DNA of 64,000 nt. Source: a virus. The position numbers were made by a program, and so were the translations under genes. Every line of letters begins with the position of its first letter. Position 1 is the first letter of the stretch. This document shows, one piece after another, positions 19,199 to 28,246 of this stretch. Where the stretch lies: the IMG/VR virus record IMGVR_UViG_3300046665_000384, positions 1 to 64,000 of that record; one strand, given 5' to 3'. A model generated the notes under the pieces. It was not told where the DNA came from and searched no databases. It saw only the letters and a list, made by a program, of their open reading frames with translations.

Positions 19199-19846
19199 TT
19201 AAACGGCGGTGCCGGATGCGTCGGTCCAGATGGCGCTGTTCCACCAGATCGGCTTGTTGAGCGTCGTATCGAAGAAATACATTCCGTTGTAGCGGGTGCT
19301 CGGGCGCTGGGCGGTCGTGCCGCGCAGGTTCAGGCTGTTCGCCTGCGCGGCAAGCAGGCCCGCATGCGCGCCGCTGTCGGCCTGATGCGCGGCCAGCAGC
19401 GCCACCAGCGCGGCCGGGTCGGCGGTCGAATTGACCGTGACCGAGCCCGCCGGCAGCACGGAAATGTCCAGCGTGTAGGCGACCGGGATGTCGACATCCT
19501 GCGATTTATAGAAAAACGCCGGCTCGGGCTTGCTCAGGATCGCGAACAGGGTCGTGCCCGCGTAAAAGCCGATTTCCCCGACCCACTGGCTGCTGGTGGA
19601 CCGGTTCTGCGCATCGGTGTTGGTGATGGTGAACCCGATGTTCACCTGCGAGCCATTGATGGATGTCCCGCCTGCGACTGGGAAGCGCGCGATTTCGAGC
19701 TTCAGCGCGCGCTCGTTACCGGTGGGGCTGTAGGACTGCGACCCGATTGCGACAGCGGTAATCGCTACGCTCGTGCCGGGCGTTCGGGCCGCCTCGCGCG
19801 CCAGCGCAAGGCCCGCCGTCGTGATCTTGGGGCTGAGATTGAGCAT
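19199..19846 (-). CDS. Short tail-fibre paralogue or adaptor
   Basis: Shared anchor domain plus GTTAQRP...YFFDTTLNKPIWW...W tail motif. Confidence 0.7.
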   Translation of the reverse strand: MLNLSPKITTAGLALAREAARTPGTSVAITAVAIGSQSYSPTGNERALKLEIARFPVAGGTSINGSQVNIGFTITNTDAQNRSTSSQWVGEIGFYAGTTLFAILSKPEPAFFYKSQDVDIPVAYTLDISVLPAGSVTVNSTADPAALVALLAAHQADSGAHAGLLAAQANSLNLRGTTAQRPSTRYNGMYFFDTTLNKPIWWNSAIWTDASGTAV

Positions 19847-19872
19847 TGCATCCTCGAATGGTAGATGCGTCC

Positions 19873-19914
19873 ATTCTCAGACTGGCGGGGAGGGGCGCGC
19901 TCCCCGGTTTTCCT
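19873..19914 (-). promoter_or_regulatory. Late-type promoter C (AGGAAAA-N29-GAGAAT)
   Basis: Conserved motif and spacing. Confidence 0.8.
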
Positions 19915-20197
19915 ATACCCCTTCGGATCGCTTGCAGTGGTCCTTGTCCAGCCAATCAAGGATGCGGCACAGGATGCACCAGCCGCGCACGCCCTCGGCG
20001 CGCCCCCGGTTCGCACGGCTGCTGATGCTCTCCTTGTCGTCGCCGCCCGTCGCCGCGTTGCCGAGGCGGTCGTAGGCGAGCAGGATGCGCTTGCCCCGGT
20101 CACTGCCGGTGATGATGTAGCCGACCATGCGCACGGATGCGACGACGTGCGCGATCTGCGCCACGATCCACAGGACCGCCATCGCCCAGCGCTTCAT
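19913..20197 (-). CDS. Small phage protein of a type often found next to tail fibre genes
   Basis: DRLGNAATGGD..ESISSR...LCRILDWLDKDHC. Confidence 0.7.
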   Translation of the reverse strand: MKRWAMAVLWIVAQIAHVVASVRMVGYIITGSDRGKRILLAYDRLGNAATGGDDKESISSRANRGRAEGVRGWCILCRILDWLDKDHCKRSEGV

Positions 20198-21021
20198 GCA
20201 GCACCTCCGTTTTCGTCGACAGGCTGGGGCTCCGCAGTCTCGTCGCCGGCCGCCGGCTCAGGCTCGGGATCAGGTTCCGGCGCAGGATCAGGGTCGGCAT
20301 CCGGGGCGGGTTCAGGATCAGGCGCGTGCTCGGGCCACGTCACGGCTTGCACGGCCGTGATCGCATCCTCTGCCGGATCGATGCGCGATGCCGCATCAAT
20401 GGCGTCCTCGCAGCGCTGGCGCAGGCCGATGATTTGGCCGGACATCACCGCGAACAGGTCCGCCTTCTGGATCACCTTTTGCGCCAGCGCGGCCAGATCG
20501 ACCCCGCGCGCTGCGGAGAGGGCGGCGAGCAGCGGCGTGGGCGCGGCTGCATCGGCCGCGTAGGCGCGCGCCTCGGCCTCCTGCTTGGACCACGACTGCA
20601 CCTCACCCTCGGGGTAGCCTGCCTTCACCGCACGCAGCTCCAGCTCGCACCGGGCATTGATTGCGGCGAGTGCGGCGGCCCGGACGCGCAGCAGCGTTAC
20701 CGAGGCTGGTTCCGGCTCGGGCTCCGGCGTGGGGTCCGGGTCGGGCTCGGGTGCTGGAGCCTCAGGGTCCGGATCGGGGGCCGGGGCGGGCTCGGGCTCG
20801 GCCGGAGTCACGTCCTCATACGTCCATGCTTCATCGACGAAGCGGCGCAGCTTCCCTTCCACTGGCGGGGGCGGCGCGTCCAGTACGCACAGGTAGGGAA
20901 CGTGGTAGACGCCTTCCTCCAGCGGCGACAGGTCGGCGACTGTATCGCCCACGTAGTAGCCGTGGGCGTCGAGCTGATACGCCGGGATGGTGGGCGAAAA
21001 GATGTCGTTTTGCGTGTCCAT
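20194..21021 (-). CDS. Tail fibre assembly chaperone-like protein with Pro/Asp/Glu linkers
   Basis: YQLDAHGYYVG...ADLSPLEEGVY; YPEGEVQSWSKQEAEARAY...TPLLAALSAARG. Confidence 0.75.
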   Translation of the reverse strand: MDTQNDIFSPTIPAYQLDAHGYYVGDTVADLSPLEEGVYHVPYLCVLDAPPPPVEGKLRRFVDEAWTYEDVTPAEPEPAPAPDPDPEAPAPEPDPDPTPEPEPEPASVTLLRVRAAALAAINARCELELRAVKAGYPEGEVQSWSKQEAEARAYAADAAAPTPLLAALSAARGVDLAALAQKVIQKADLFAVMSGQIIGLRQRCEDAIDAASRIDPAEDAITAVQAVTWPEHAPDPEPAPDADPDPAPEPDPEPEPAAGDETAEPQPVDENGGAA

Positions 21022-21032
21022 AATCGTCCGTT

Positions 21033-22376
21033 TTAATACTTGATGCAGGCCAGCATGGCAATATTGCGCACCCGGTTTTCCGTGATACCCGTCGAGTTCA
21101 CGGTGACGCTGTGGCTGTGCGAGCCGTTCGCGTCCGACGTGAACGTGTGGTTGTGGGTGCCGGCAGGGTCGGATGTGAACGAGTGCGCGTGCGCATTCGC
21201 CGGATCCGACGTGAACGTGTGGTTGTGCGAGCCGGCCGGCCCCGTGTTGACGTTCGCGTAGGTCTGGGTACCGCCACCATCGCCGAATGCTGCCGTGGTG
21301 CCATCGCGCGCCGTAACGGTCGTCGGGTGCGTGTGGTTTCCGATGGTCGACGTGGTACCGGTGTGCGAGTGGGCTGCAACGGTGCCGGTCGTACCCGTGT
21401 GCGAGTGGTCAAGCACGCTTGCGGTCGTACCCGTGTGCGAGTGCGCCAGCGCGGTGTCGGAATAACCCGTGTGGCTGTGCGCCATGATCGCCGCATCTTG
21501 CAGCGTGCCGATGGCTCGCCCGCTGTCCACACCCTTGCCGTCATCGAGCGCGCGGATATGGCTCGCCCGGTAGTCCGGAATGCGGAACGTGGTAGCGCCG
21601 TCGCCGGGGGAGAACTGGCCGGGCAACCACGCGCCATCGTTGGCGGCCATGTTGCCGCTCGCCTGCGCGAACGCCCACAGGTCGGCATAGGCCGTACGGC
21701 TCAGGAGCGCACCGTTGCCCTTCACATAGCCGGCAGGCGCAAAAATCGACGGGAAGAAGTGCAGGGAGCCGACCGCGCCCGACACCTGTTCGACATCCCG
21801 CGTCGCTGCGCTTTTCAGCCCGAGATTCGTCCGCGCCTGCGGCACGTTCGTGAGGTCGGACAGGTTCTTGGACCTCGTGGCGTACTGCGGGTGCGGGTCG
21901 GCGCGGTTCTCGTGCTGGAAGATCACTGACGCCAAGCTTGCGGCGGCCATGTCTACCGTGACGGTCACGGAATTCTTCGGAAGGCGCGACACGTCGATCC
22001 GGTAAGCCACCGGGATATCGAAGTCGGACGTTTTGTAGAACAGGGCCTTGTCGGCGCGGCTCCACACGGCAAACAGGGTGGGGCCGGCGAAGAAGCCGAT
22101 TTCTCCGATCCACTGATCGTTCGCTGAGCGGCCGTAGATGTCCGTGTCGGTGAAGTTCGCGCCGATCTGCACCTGATTGGGGATGTCCGACATGATGCCG
22201 CCCGCGATGATCGGGAAGCGCGCCACCTCGGCCTTGAGCGCCCCTTCGGCACCGGTCGGCTCGTACTTCGCTGTACCGATGGCGATATGCGTCAGCGTGA
22301 CCTGAAAGCCGGGCGCGGTCGGATTGGGGAACAGCGCAAGGCCATTGTTCGTGATCGTGGGATTAAGCGGAACCAT
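21033..22376 (-). CDS. Tail fibre with collar domain and HxH metal-binding needle
   Basis: Anchor domain; collar (APAGYVKGNGALLSRTAYADLW...GDGATTFRIPD); nine HxH motifs; ends ENRVRNIAMLACIKY. Confidence 0.9.
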   Translation of the reverse strand: MVPLNPTITNNGLALFPNPTAPGFQVTLTHIAIGTAKYEPTGAEGALKAEVARFPIIAGGIMSDIPNQVQIGANFTDTDIYGRSANDQWIGEIGFFAGPTLFAVWSRADKALFYKTSDFDIPVAYRIDVSRLPKNSVTVTVDMAAASLASVIFQHENRADPHPQYATRSKNLSDLTNVPQARTNLGLKSAATRDVEQVSGAVGSLHFFPSIFAPAGYVKGNGALLSRTAYADLWAFAQASGNMAANDGAWLPGQFSPGDGATTFRIPDYRASHIRALDDGKGVDSGRAIGTLQDAAIMAHSHTGYSDTALAHSHTGTTASVLDHSHTGTTGTVAAHSHTGTTSTIGNHTHPTTVTARDGTTAAFGDGGGTQTYANVNTGPAGSHNHTFTSDPANAHAHSFTSDPAGTHNHTFTSDANGSHSHSVTVNSTGITENRVRNIAMLACIKY

Positions 22377-22403
22377 TGAATGCCTCGGATGACTGGTTCC
22401 GCC

Positions 22404-22445
22404 ATTTTCTGGCCCGCCGCGCGGCGAGCCGGCCGTGCTTTTCCT
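22404..22445 (-). promoter_or_regulatory. Late-type promoter D (AGGAAAA-N29-GAAAAT)
   Basis: Conserved motif and spacing. Confidence 0.8.
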
Positions 22446-22905
22446 ATATCGTCACGAAAAACTCCGCCAGCTCGTCGGAGAAATCCGTTACCTCCTGCGC
22501 GAGATACGCGCGGTGCGCCGATTCCAGCATGGCCAGCACGGCGGCATTGCCGTTTGTGAAATCAGGGTTCAGGCGGTACCGCGAGCCTCGTTCTTCGATG
22601 CCCTGCACCTCGATGAAGTGATCGGGGTCGTGCTTGGTCAGGGCCGACATGATTTCGATGGTGCCGTTGGCCTTCGCGCGGAAGAAAAGCCGGATCGCGT
22701 CTTGCAGCTTCTCCTCGGTGAACAGAGAATCGCGATCCCCGGACCGGGGGTCGTTCGTCACCACCGTGGCACCCTCGAACACTTGGCCGGGCGGCATCTC
22801 GCGCGCCACCACCAGCAGGCCCGTATCGGTGTCGAGCGCGCCGAGCAGGTTGGCGGCCTTGCCCTTGTAGCCCGTCGCGACGGACTGAATGCGTATGGTT
22901 GCCAT
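22444..22905 (-). CDS. Hypothetical late protein
   Basis: Probable start MATIRIQ at 22905, 2 nt after the upstream stop. Confidence 0.65.
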   Translation of the reverse strand: MATIRIQSVATGYKGKAANLLGALDTDTGLLVVAREMPPGQVFEGATVVTNDPRSGDRDSLFTEEKLQDAIRLFFRAKANGTIEIMSALTKHDPDHFIEVQGIEERGSRYRLNPDFTNGNAAVLAMLESAHRAYLAQEVTDFSDELAEFFVTI

Positions 22906-22907
22906 CG

Positions 22908-23654
22908 TTACACCTTCCAGATTGAGCCGTTGGTATTGAGGCCGTTCACCTCGATCACGACCGGGTAGCCGGCTGGCGCTGCCTTGCCGTCGTTCGGCTC
23001 GTCGGCTTTCGGCGCTTGGAACAGCGGGATCGTCGCGCGGATCGTCAGGTCCACGATGAGGATCGTCAGATTGGTCTGCTCGGCCTTGGCGTCGATGGCA
23101 CCGAGGTCGATCTGCTCCAGCACGGCGGGGAAATCGTGCAGCTGCCCCGCGTGCTCGTGCCAGTGCTTGAAGCGCCGGCCGCCCGGACCGTTCGCCCACA
23201 GGTTGAACTGCATGGCCAGACTGTGTGCGGTATGCCCCTCGGGCGCGATGATGACTACCTGCGCGCGGTAGTCGTTCATGGACGTGCGCACCTTGAACAT
23301 GCGCTGTTCCGGGTCGTCTGGGTTCATGACGTCCATCGCGCTACCGACAGGCAGGCCCCAGTCGGGCGGCGCGGGGTTGAAGTCCTTCGCCATCCCCACC
23401 AGCATCACCGGCAGGAACGAGGTCAGGCCCGGCGCGCCGCCCGGCTTGCCGTTGGTGCGCTCGTTGTCGTTCTTGCGCCACTCGTCGAGCATCGCTTTCA
23501 CGTCGTCGACCATCCGGCCCGGTACCCATGCGATGGACTTGGCCAGCCCGCGCGAGACGTATTCAGTCATGGCCGGGGTGTCGGCCACCAGCTGGGCGTA
23601 GAAGTCGCCCATGTACTTGCCGAAGCCGATTTCGAGCGGCGTGCGGAAGCTCAT
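22908..23654 (-). CDS. Putative tail/baseplate protein (P1 gp24-like)
   Basis: Position in late operon, size and predicted beta-rich content. Confidence 0.5.
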   Translation of the reverse strand: MSFRTPLEIGFGKYMGDFYAQLVADTPAMTEYVSRGLAKSIAWVPGRMVDDVKAMLDEWRKNDNERTNGKPGGAPGLTSFLPVMLVGMAKDFNPAPPDWGLPVGSAMDVMNPDDPEQRMFKVRTSMNDYRAQVVIIAPEGHTAHSLAMQFNLWANGPGGRRFKHWHEHAGQLHDFPAVLEQIDLGAIDAKAEQTNLTILIVDLTIRATIPLFQAPKADEPNDGKAAPAGYPVVIEVNGLNTNGSIWKV

Positions 23655-24511
23655 CGCGGCACCCGGTAGTGCTGGTGCACGCGGTCAAGAATCATCTCGT
23701 TGGCGCGCGAATCCTCGGCCGGCTCGTCCTTCAGCTTGTCCAGCGGGGTGAGCGTGGCGCTCTTGAAGCTGGCGGCCGTCGCCGCGAGCTTGTCCGCGCC
23801 GCCCCGGCCCAGCAGCAGCGGGCGCACGCCCGGCGTGGCGCTGTCGAACACGGCCCCGGCCTTGCCGCTCGCGATCATGGACAGCAGCTCCTCGTTCTCC
23901 TCTTGCAGCTTCTGCAAGGTCTGGAGCGCCAGCATGTGATCGCCCTGCAGGCTGTCGTACAGCGCCGTCATGGCGGCGTTGCCCCGGTTGAAGTCCTGCA
24001 TCACGAAGTCGAAGATCACGTTGTCGTCGAACTCGCCCACGCCGTCGAACACGTAGCCGCGATTGGTCGTGTAGTTCGGCTCCAGCACGTAGTCGAAGCC
24101 CGCAAACAGCGTCGGAACGTGCATATTCCCCATCGGGCGCGCGTCGATGGCGCTGGAAAAGCCCCCGGTGCGGCTGTTGTGCAGGCGCTCGGCGATCTTG
24201 CCGGCGGCCGTATCGAGGAATTCGGTCGTGTGCTCGATGTTGCCGTTCTCGTCGGCCGTCAGCTTGGTCGTGACGATGGCCGGCTCGATGTTGACGATCT
24301 TGCCCTGCACGGCTGCGTTCTCCGGCGGGATGAGGCCGAACTTGGCGCGGACCCAGTGACCGTAATAGCCCACCATGTCCCGGTTGCGCACGCGCTCCTG
24401 CGTCTCCGGCGAATTCACCAGCGCAGCGAGGCGGCGCAGGTCGAAGTTGCGGTCTTGGCCGCGATGGGTGCGCCCGCGCTGGGCGACGTTATAGCGGATA
24501 GATTCAGGCAT
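23651..24511 (-). CDS. pro: Prohead processing protease (P1 Pro-like)
   Basis: GYYGH...HTTEFLDTAAGKI...GGFSSA...GFDYVLEPNY. Confidence 0.8.
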   Translation of the reverse strand: MPESIRYNVAQRGRTHRGQDRNFDLRRLAALVNSPETQERVRNRDMVGYYGHWVRAKFGLIPPENAAVQGKIVNIEPAIVTTKLTADENGNIEHTTEFLDTAAGKIAERLHNSRTGGFSSAIDARPMGNMHVPTLFAGFDYVLEPNYTTNRGYVFDGVGEFDDNVIFDFVMQDFNRGNAAMTALYDSLQGDHMLALQTLQKLQEENEELLSMIASGKAGAVFDSATPGVRPLLLGRGGADKLAATAASFKSATLTPLDKLKDEPAEDSRANEMILDRVHQHYRVPR

Positions 24512-24521
24512 GTTGTCCTCT

Positions 24522-25421
24522 TTACAATCTCAGTTTGCCGACGATGTACACCGGCATGGATGCGTCCGTGCCGTTTGCGATGGTTATTCCGTTCTGTGCT
24601 GCCGGGTCGCCCTGCGGGCGCTGGAGCGAGCCGATCAGGTTCACGGGCATGTCGATGCCGGCGGCGTCGTTGATGCTCACGCCGTTCCTGTACGCCTGCG
24701 GCATGCGCAGCGATCCGACGTAGGCGACCGGCATCCGGATCACGGCCCCTTGCAGGATCGGCAGCGGCGTCGTCACGACGTCGCAGGCGAGCAGCTTGCC
24801 CTCAGTGTACAGCGGCGCATTGCCGGCCGCGCCGTTGGACAGCCCGAGGCCCTTCGTGCCCGTGTTCGCCATCTCGACGTTCAGCACCAGCTCCAGCACC
24901 AGCCGGGCCGCCAGCGTCGAGCGCAGCGCCTTCTGCATGGCCACCAGCCCGGTACCGTCGTCCGCCTCGACCGTGACGCCCACGCGCACGCGGCTCGTCA
25001 AAAAGTGGGTTTGCGGATCGCCGTTCGGCGTCTTGTGCGCCGGGTATTCGAGCGCTGTCGCAATCGGGTGCCAGAACTGATCGATGCTCCATTCGTTCGG
25101 CCACAGCGTTTGCAGGTACTTGCGCAGGAACAGCATGCCGCGCCGTGGATTGCGCGCGCGCCATGCCTTGAGCAGAAACCGCATGCGCTCGGCGTCCCGG
25201 CGGATCACCGCAAGGCCGTCCGTCTGGAGGTTGCGCCCGACCAGCTCCTCGTCGCCGAGGTGCGCCATGCCGTACAGGTTCAGCGAGCGCTCCCGCTCGC
25301 GCACCAGCCGCTCGAACACGGCCACGAAGATTTTCTTCAGGTCGGCTTCGAGCTGGTTTTCCTCGTAGCTCCCGACCAGCGGGACGAGGCTGGGCGGGTC
25401 AATCGGGGTCAGGTCAGCCAT
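24522..25421 (-). CDS. Baseplate protein (P1 gp16 / P2 gpI-like position)
   Basis: Follows the baseplate-J-like gene; RGMLFLRKYLQTLW. Confidence 0.6.
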   Translation of the reverse strand: MADLTPIDPPSLVPLVGSYEENQLEADLKKIFVAVFERLVRERERSLNLYGMAHLGDEELVGRNLQTDGLAVIRRDAERMRFLLKAWRARNPRRGMLFLRKYLQTLWPNEWSIDQFWHPIATALEYPAHKTPNGDPQTHFLTSRVRVGVTVEADDGTGLVAMQKALRSTLAARLVLELVLNVEMANTGTKGLGLSNGAAGNAPLYTEGKLLACDVVTTPLPILQGAVIRMPVAYVGSLRMPQAYRNGVSINDAAGIDMPVNLIGSLQRPQGDPAAQNGITIANGTDASMPVYIVGKLRL

Positions 25422-25424
25422 CGG

Positions 25425-26858
25425 TCAATGGCTCCACAGGCCGTCGTTGTACGTCGATTGGGTCACGTTGACCGTAATGGACGATTCGGACAGGTACCGG
25501 AAGTGCTCGGGCTTGATCGTGCCGGCCGGCGTGGGCAGCGACAGCTGGAAGTCCGACCCCGTGTCCTGTAGCGCGGTCACGCTCGCGCGGATCGCGTCGT
25601 ACATGCGCTTGTGGCTCAGGGCCAGCATGCCGCGCGAGGCTGCGGCCGAATCGCGCCCGTACAGCGCCAGCAATGCGCCCTTGACCTTGTTCGCGATGTC
25701 AGCGGGGTCGTGCACGACCGACACCTGCGCATTGACCACGACCGGCAGCTCCACCTCGACCGGCGTGACGAACGTGAGGTAGTAGGAATCGTCGGCGGCC
25801 TGCACGACCTTGCTGATTTCCGCCTGCACCCACTCGGGCGTGGCGCTGTCCATGAGCGCAGCGATGAACAGGCGGTTGATGTTCTGGACGGACGGCGGGC
25901 GCACCGATTCCTCGATCTTCTCGTTCCAGACCGACAGGAAGCGCAGCGGCTGGACGTTCCGGCGCACCAGAAAGTCGAAGTTGCCGAGGTAGACCGCCGA
26001 GGCGTCATAGGTGCTCGGGTACTGCGCCAGCTCGCGCAGCGTGTCGACGTCCACCGGGTCCGCGCCGGGGAACGACACCGCACTCAGGGTGATCTTGGCC
26101 AGCTGGTCCGCCGCCGCCGTGTTCGTCTCGAACGTAAAAGGGGCGTTTGCGGACAGGGTGGACAGGCCGCCCGTCTCCTCGATCACGAAGTCGATCACGG
26201 TACCGTTCGCCGGCTGCACGCCGAACGTGTCCTGCCAGCCGAATTTCGCATACAGGGCGCGGGATTCGTCGGTCTCCAGCGTGAAGCCGACTTCGCCCGG
26301 CGCGAGGTTGGAGAATTCCGGCGTGTAGGGGTAGGGCACGCCCGCGATGGACACCGACACGCCGCTGATGAACAGGTCCGCATCGGTCGATGCCGGCACT
26401 TGCACCGCGTAGAACGGCGTCGAGTTGGCGACGGTGTGCGAGTAGGGGCGCGCGGTCATCTGCTTGGCGCTGATGGTGGCGCTGGTGCCCGGCGCGATGG
26501 TGGCGGCCGTCTCGGCGACGTAGACGCGGCTCTGCGGGCCGATCATGCGCCGGCCGATGGTGATGGTCAGCGGCGTGTCCGCGTCGTTCTGGACGGCCAG
26601 CGTGACGCGCGCCGGCCGCGCAAACGGCAGGATGCCGCGCATGGTGGCGTCGGCCAGCACCGTCGTGTCGCGGGCCTTGGTGAAGGGCTCCATGCTCTCC
26701 ACGTCCAGCTGCTGCGAAATCATCGTGAGCATGGTCGCCATGGCGTTCAGCGGCGCGAGGATGCGCGGATCGCCGGCCTGATACAGCTGGGCGGCGGTCG
26801 GGTAGTTCGAGACCTCCGCAGCGATGGCGGCCATGAAGTCGTCACGGGTCAGAGACAT
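25425..26858 (-). CDS. Baseplate J-like protein (P1 BplA-like)
   Basis: EPFTKARDTTVLADATMRG...KFG...FGVQP...GADP...LRE...VYLGNFDFLVRR. Confidence 0.75.
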   Translation of the reverse strand: MSLTRDDFMAAIAAEVSNYPTAAQLYQAGDPRILAPLNAMATMLTMISQQLDVESMEPFTKARDTTVLADATMRGILPFARPARVTLAVQNDADTPLTITIGRRMIGPQSRVYVAETAATIAPGTSATISAKQMTARPYSHTVANSTPFYAVQVPASTDADLFISGVSVSIAGVPYPYTPEFSNLAPGEVGFTLETDESRALYAKFGWQDTFGVQPANGTVIDFVIEETGGLSTLSANAPFTFETNTAAADQLAKITLSAVSFPGADPVDVDTLRELAQYPSTYDASAVYLGNFDFLVRRNVQPLRFLSVWNEKIEESVRPPSVQNINRLFIAALMDSATPEWVQAEISKVVQAADDSYYLTFVTPVEVELPVVVNAQVSVVHDPADIANKVKGALLALYGRDSAAASRGMLALSHKRMYDAIRASVTALQDTGSDFQLSLPTPAGTIKPEHFRYLSESSITVNVTQSTYNDGLWSH

Positions 26859-27152
26859 TTATTGGGTGCTCCCGATCAGGACGGGCTCGCCCGCCACGTC
26901 GATAAAAATGGTGCGCTTGTCCGGGCCTTCGTCGACCGCGTAGACGTTGATCGCGGACGCGGGCAGGGCCGCCACGAGCGGAATGTCCACGCGCATCTTC
27001 GCCAGAAAGCTGTCGGCGATGCCGGTGCGCATGGGGGACTGGAGCATGGCCTTGACGTCCGCGCCGTAGCCGCTACCCAAGTAGCCACCCGTGGGGGTGT
27101 TCAGCCAGTGCCGGATCATGTCAATCAGGTCATTTTTCGTGATGTTCTCCAT
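26859..27152 (-). CDS. gpW/gp25-like baseplate protein (P1 PmgA-like)
   Basis: HWLNTPTGGYLGSGYG; ATG at 27152. Confidence 0.7.
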   Translation of the reverse strand: MENITKNDLIDMIRHWLNTPTGGYLGSGYGADVKAMLQSPMRTGIADSFLAKMRVDIPLVAALPASAINVYAVDEGPDKRTIFIDVAGEPVLIGSTQ

Positions 27153-27158
27153 GCGCCG

Positions 27159-27200
27159 ATGGTACGGGCCGGGGCTGCTCGCGGAGGCTGCGTTTTTCCT
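27159..27200 (-). promoter_or_regulatory. Late-type promoter E (AGGAAAA-N29-TACCAT), predicted leaderless transcript
   Basis: Conserved motif; predicted +1 falls on the A of ATG 27152. Confidence 0.8.
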
Positions 27201-27210
27201 ACACTGCGGC

Positions 27211-27260
27211 AAAAAAATATAGATATCCCTATTGCCTGCTATGCCTCGTTACATTAGCAT
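27211..27260 (+). promoter_or_regulatory. Sigma70 promoter TTGCCT-N17-TAGCAT with A-tract and ATAG-N6-CTAT operator
   Basis: Same layout as 58383-58432. Confidence 0.7.
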
Positions 27261-27317
27261 ACCTATATTTTCCACGCTGAAACATCAGCATTCGATTAAT
27301 TCAACCGGAGAACCTGA

Positions 27318-27647
27318 ATGGCAACTGTCCAAGCTACCGAGAACACCCCCATCGCCGAAGGGCAGTGGATTTGCCGGACCCCGACGATCATGCATGCGCT
27401 CTGCTCCGCGCCGTACCAAGTCACCCGCGTTGCCGGCAAGCGCATCCATTTCCGTGACGGCGAAGCCGATAGCTGGCTGCTGTCGAAGTCGGTTCTGTTC
27501 GTGTGCGACACGAAAGAAGAGGCCGCAGCGGTGTACGCGGTCAGCTGCCAGCGCGCCGAGGCGATGATCGCCGCGATTCACGAAATCGACAGCAAGCACC
27601 TCGCGCTGATCGATGGCCTGATCGAATCCCCTGCGGTGGCGGCATGA
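27318..27647 (+). CDS. Hypothetical protein
   Basis: GGAG RBS; first gene after the promoter. Confidence 0.7.
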   Translation: MATVQATENTPIAEGQWICRTPTIMHALCSAPYQVTRVAGKRIHFRDGEADSWLLSKSVLFVCDTKEEAAAVYAVSCQRAEAMIAAIHEIDSKHLALIDGLIESPAVAA

Positions 27648-28246
27648 CGCGCGCGCGTAAGGCTCCGACGCTGGCCGAGCTGGAGCGCCAATGCGAGGCG
27701 TTCAACGCGCGCTGTGCGCTGGGCGGCCGGGTCGCAGTGAAACTTGACTTCGTGGATACGCCGAAGATCACCACCACGCGCACGCCCGCGACCGTTCTCA
27801 GCGGCCATTCGGCCGTCGTATGGTTGGATGGCGTGAGCGGCTGCTATGACCTCGGCTGCGTGACGCCGCTACCTGACCTGTCCGGACGCGAGTTCTACGT
27901 CGTAAGCCTCGCGCACACGAACCGCGAGCACGCGTATATCAGCGTCTGGCGGCCTGACAACGCCGGCTACGCGTGGCCGCTGTCGTGGGCAGGCAAGTAC
28001 ACGGCCGAACAGATCGAAGCCAATCTCGACTACTACCACCGGGGCGACAGCACCATCGCCGTGCCCTGCGAGGTTCTGGACGCGATTTCGGTACCGCCGA
28101 CGAAGGGCACCATCGACAACGATGCCGGCCCGATTGTCCCGAACACGAAGGGCAGCTGGTACGACATCCTTTTTGCACCGATCTGGCCTCTGGCGCACGA
28201 GCCGAAGCCGCAATACAAGGGCGCGCGCCGCGCGAAGGCAGCATGA
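27644..28246 (+). CDS. Hypothetical two-domain phage protein
   Basis: ATGA coupling; WRPDNAGYAWPLSWAGKY motif. Confidence 0.7.
   Translation: MTRARKAPTLAELERQCEAFNARCALGGRVAVKLDFVDTPKITTTRTPATVLSGHSAVVWLDGVSGCYDLGCVTPLPDLSGREFYVVSLAHTNREHAYISVWRPDNAGYAWPLSWAGKYTAEQIEANLDYYHRGDSTIAVPCEVLDAISVPPTKGTIDNDAGPIVPNTKGSWYDILFAPIWPLAHEPKPQYKGARRAKAA

Noticed and set aside
20200-20810. PEPDP-type tandem repeats
   Set aside because: Low-complexity protein linkers, not DNA elements.
14984-22376. Diversity-generating retroelement acting on the tail fibres
   Set aside because: No reverse transcriptase in the window and no TR/VR pair seen; the similarity is diverged N-terminal paralogy.
19887-26968. KOPS-like GGGNAGGG octamers (19887, 26961)
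   Set aside because: Too few noticed to show polarity toward the dif-like site; expected by chance at this GC content.
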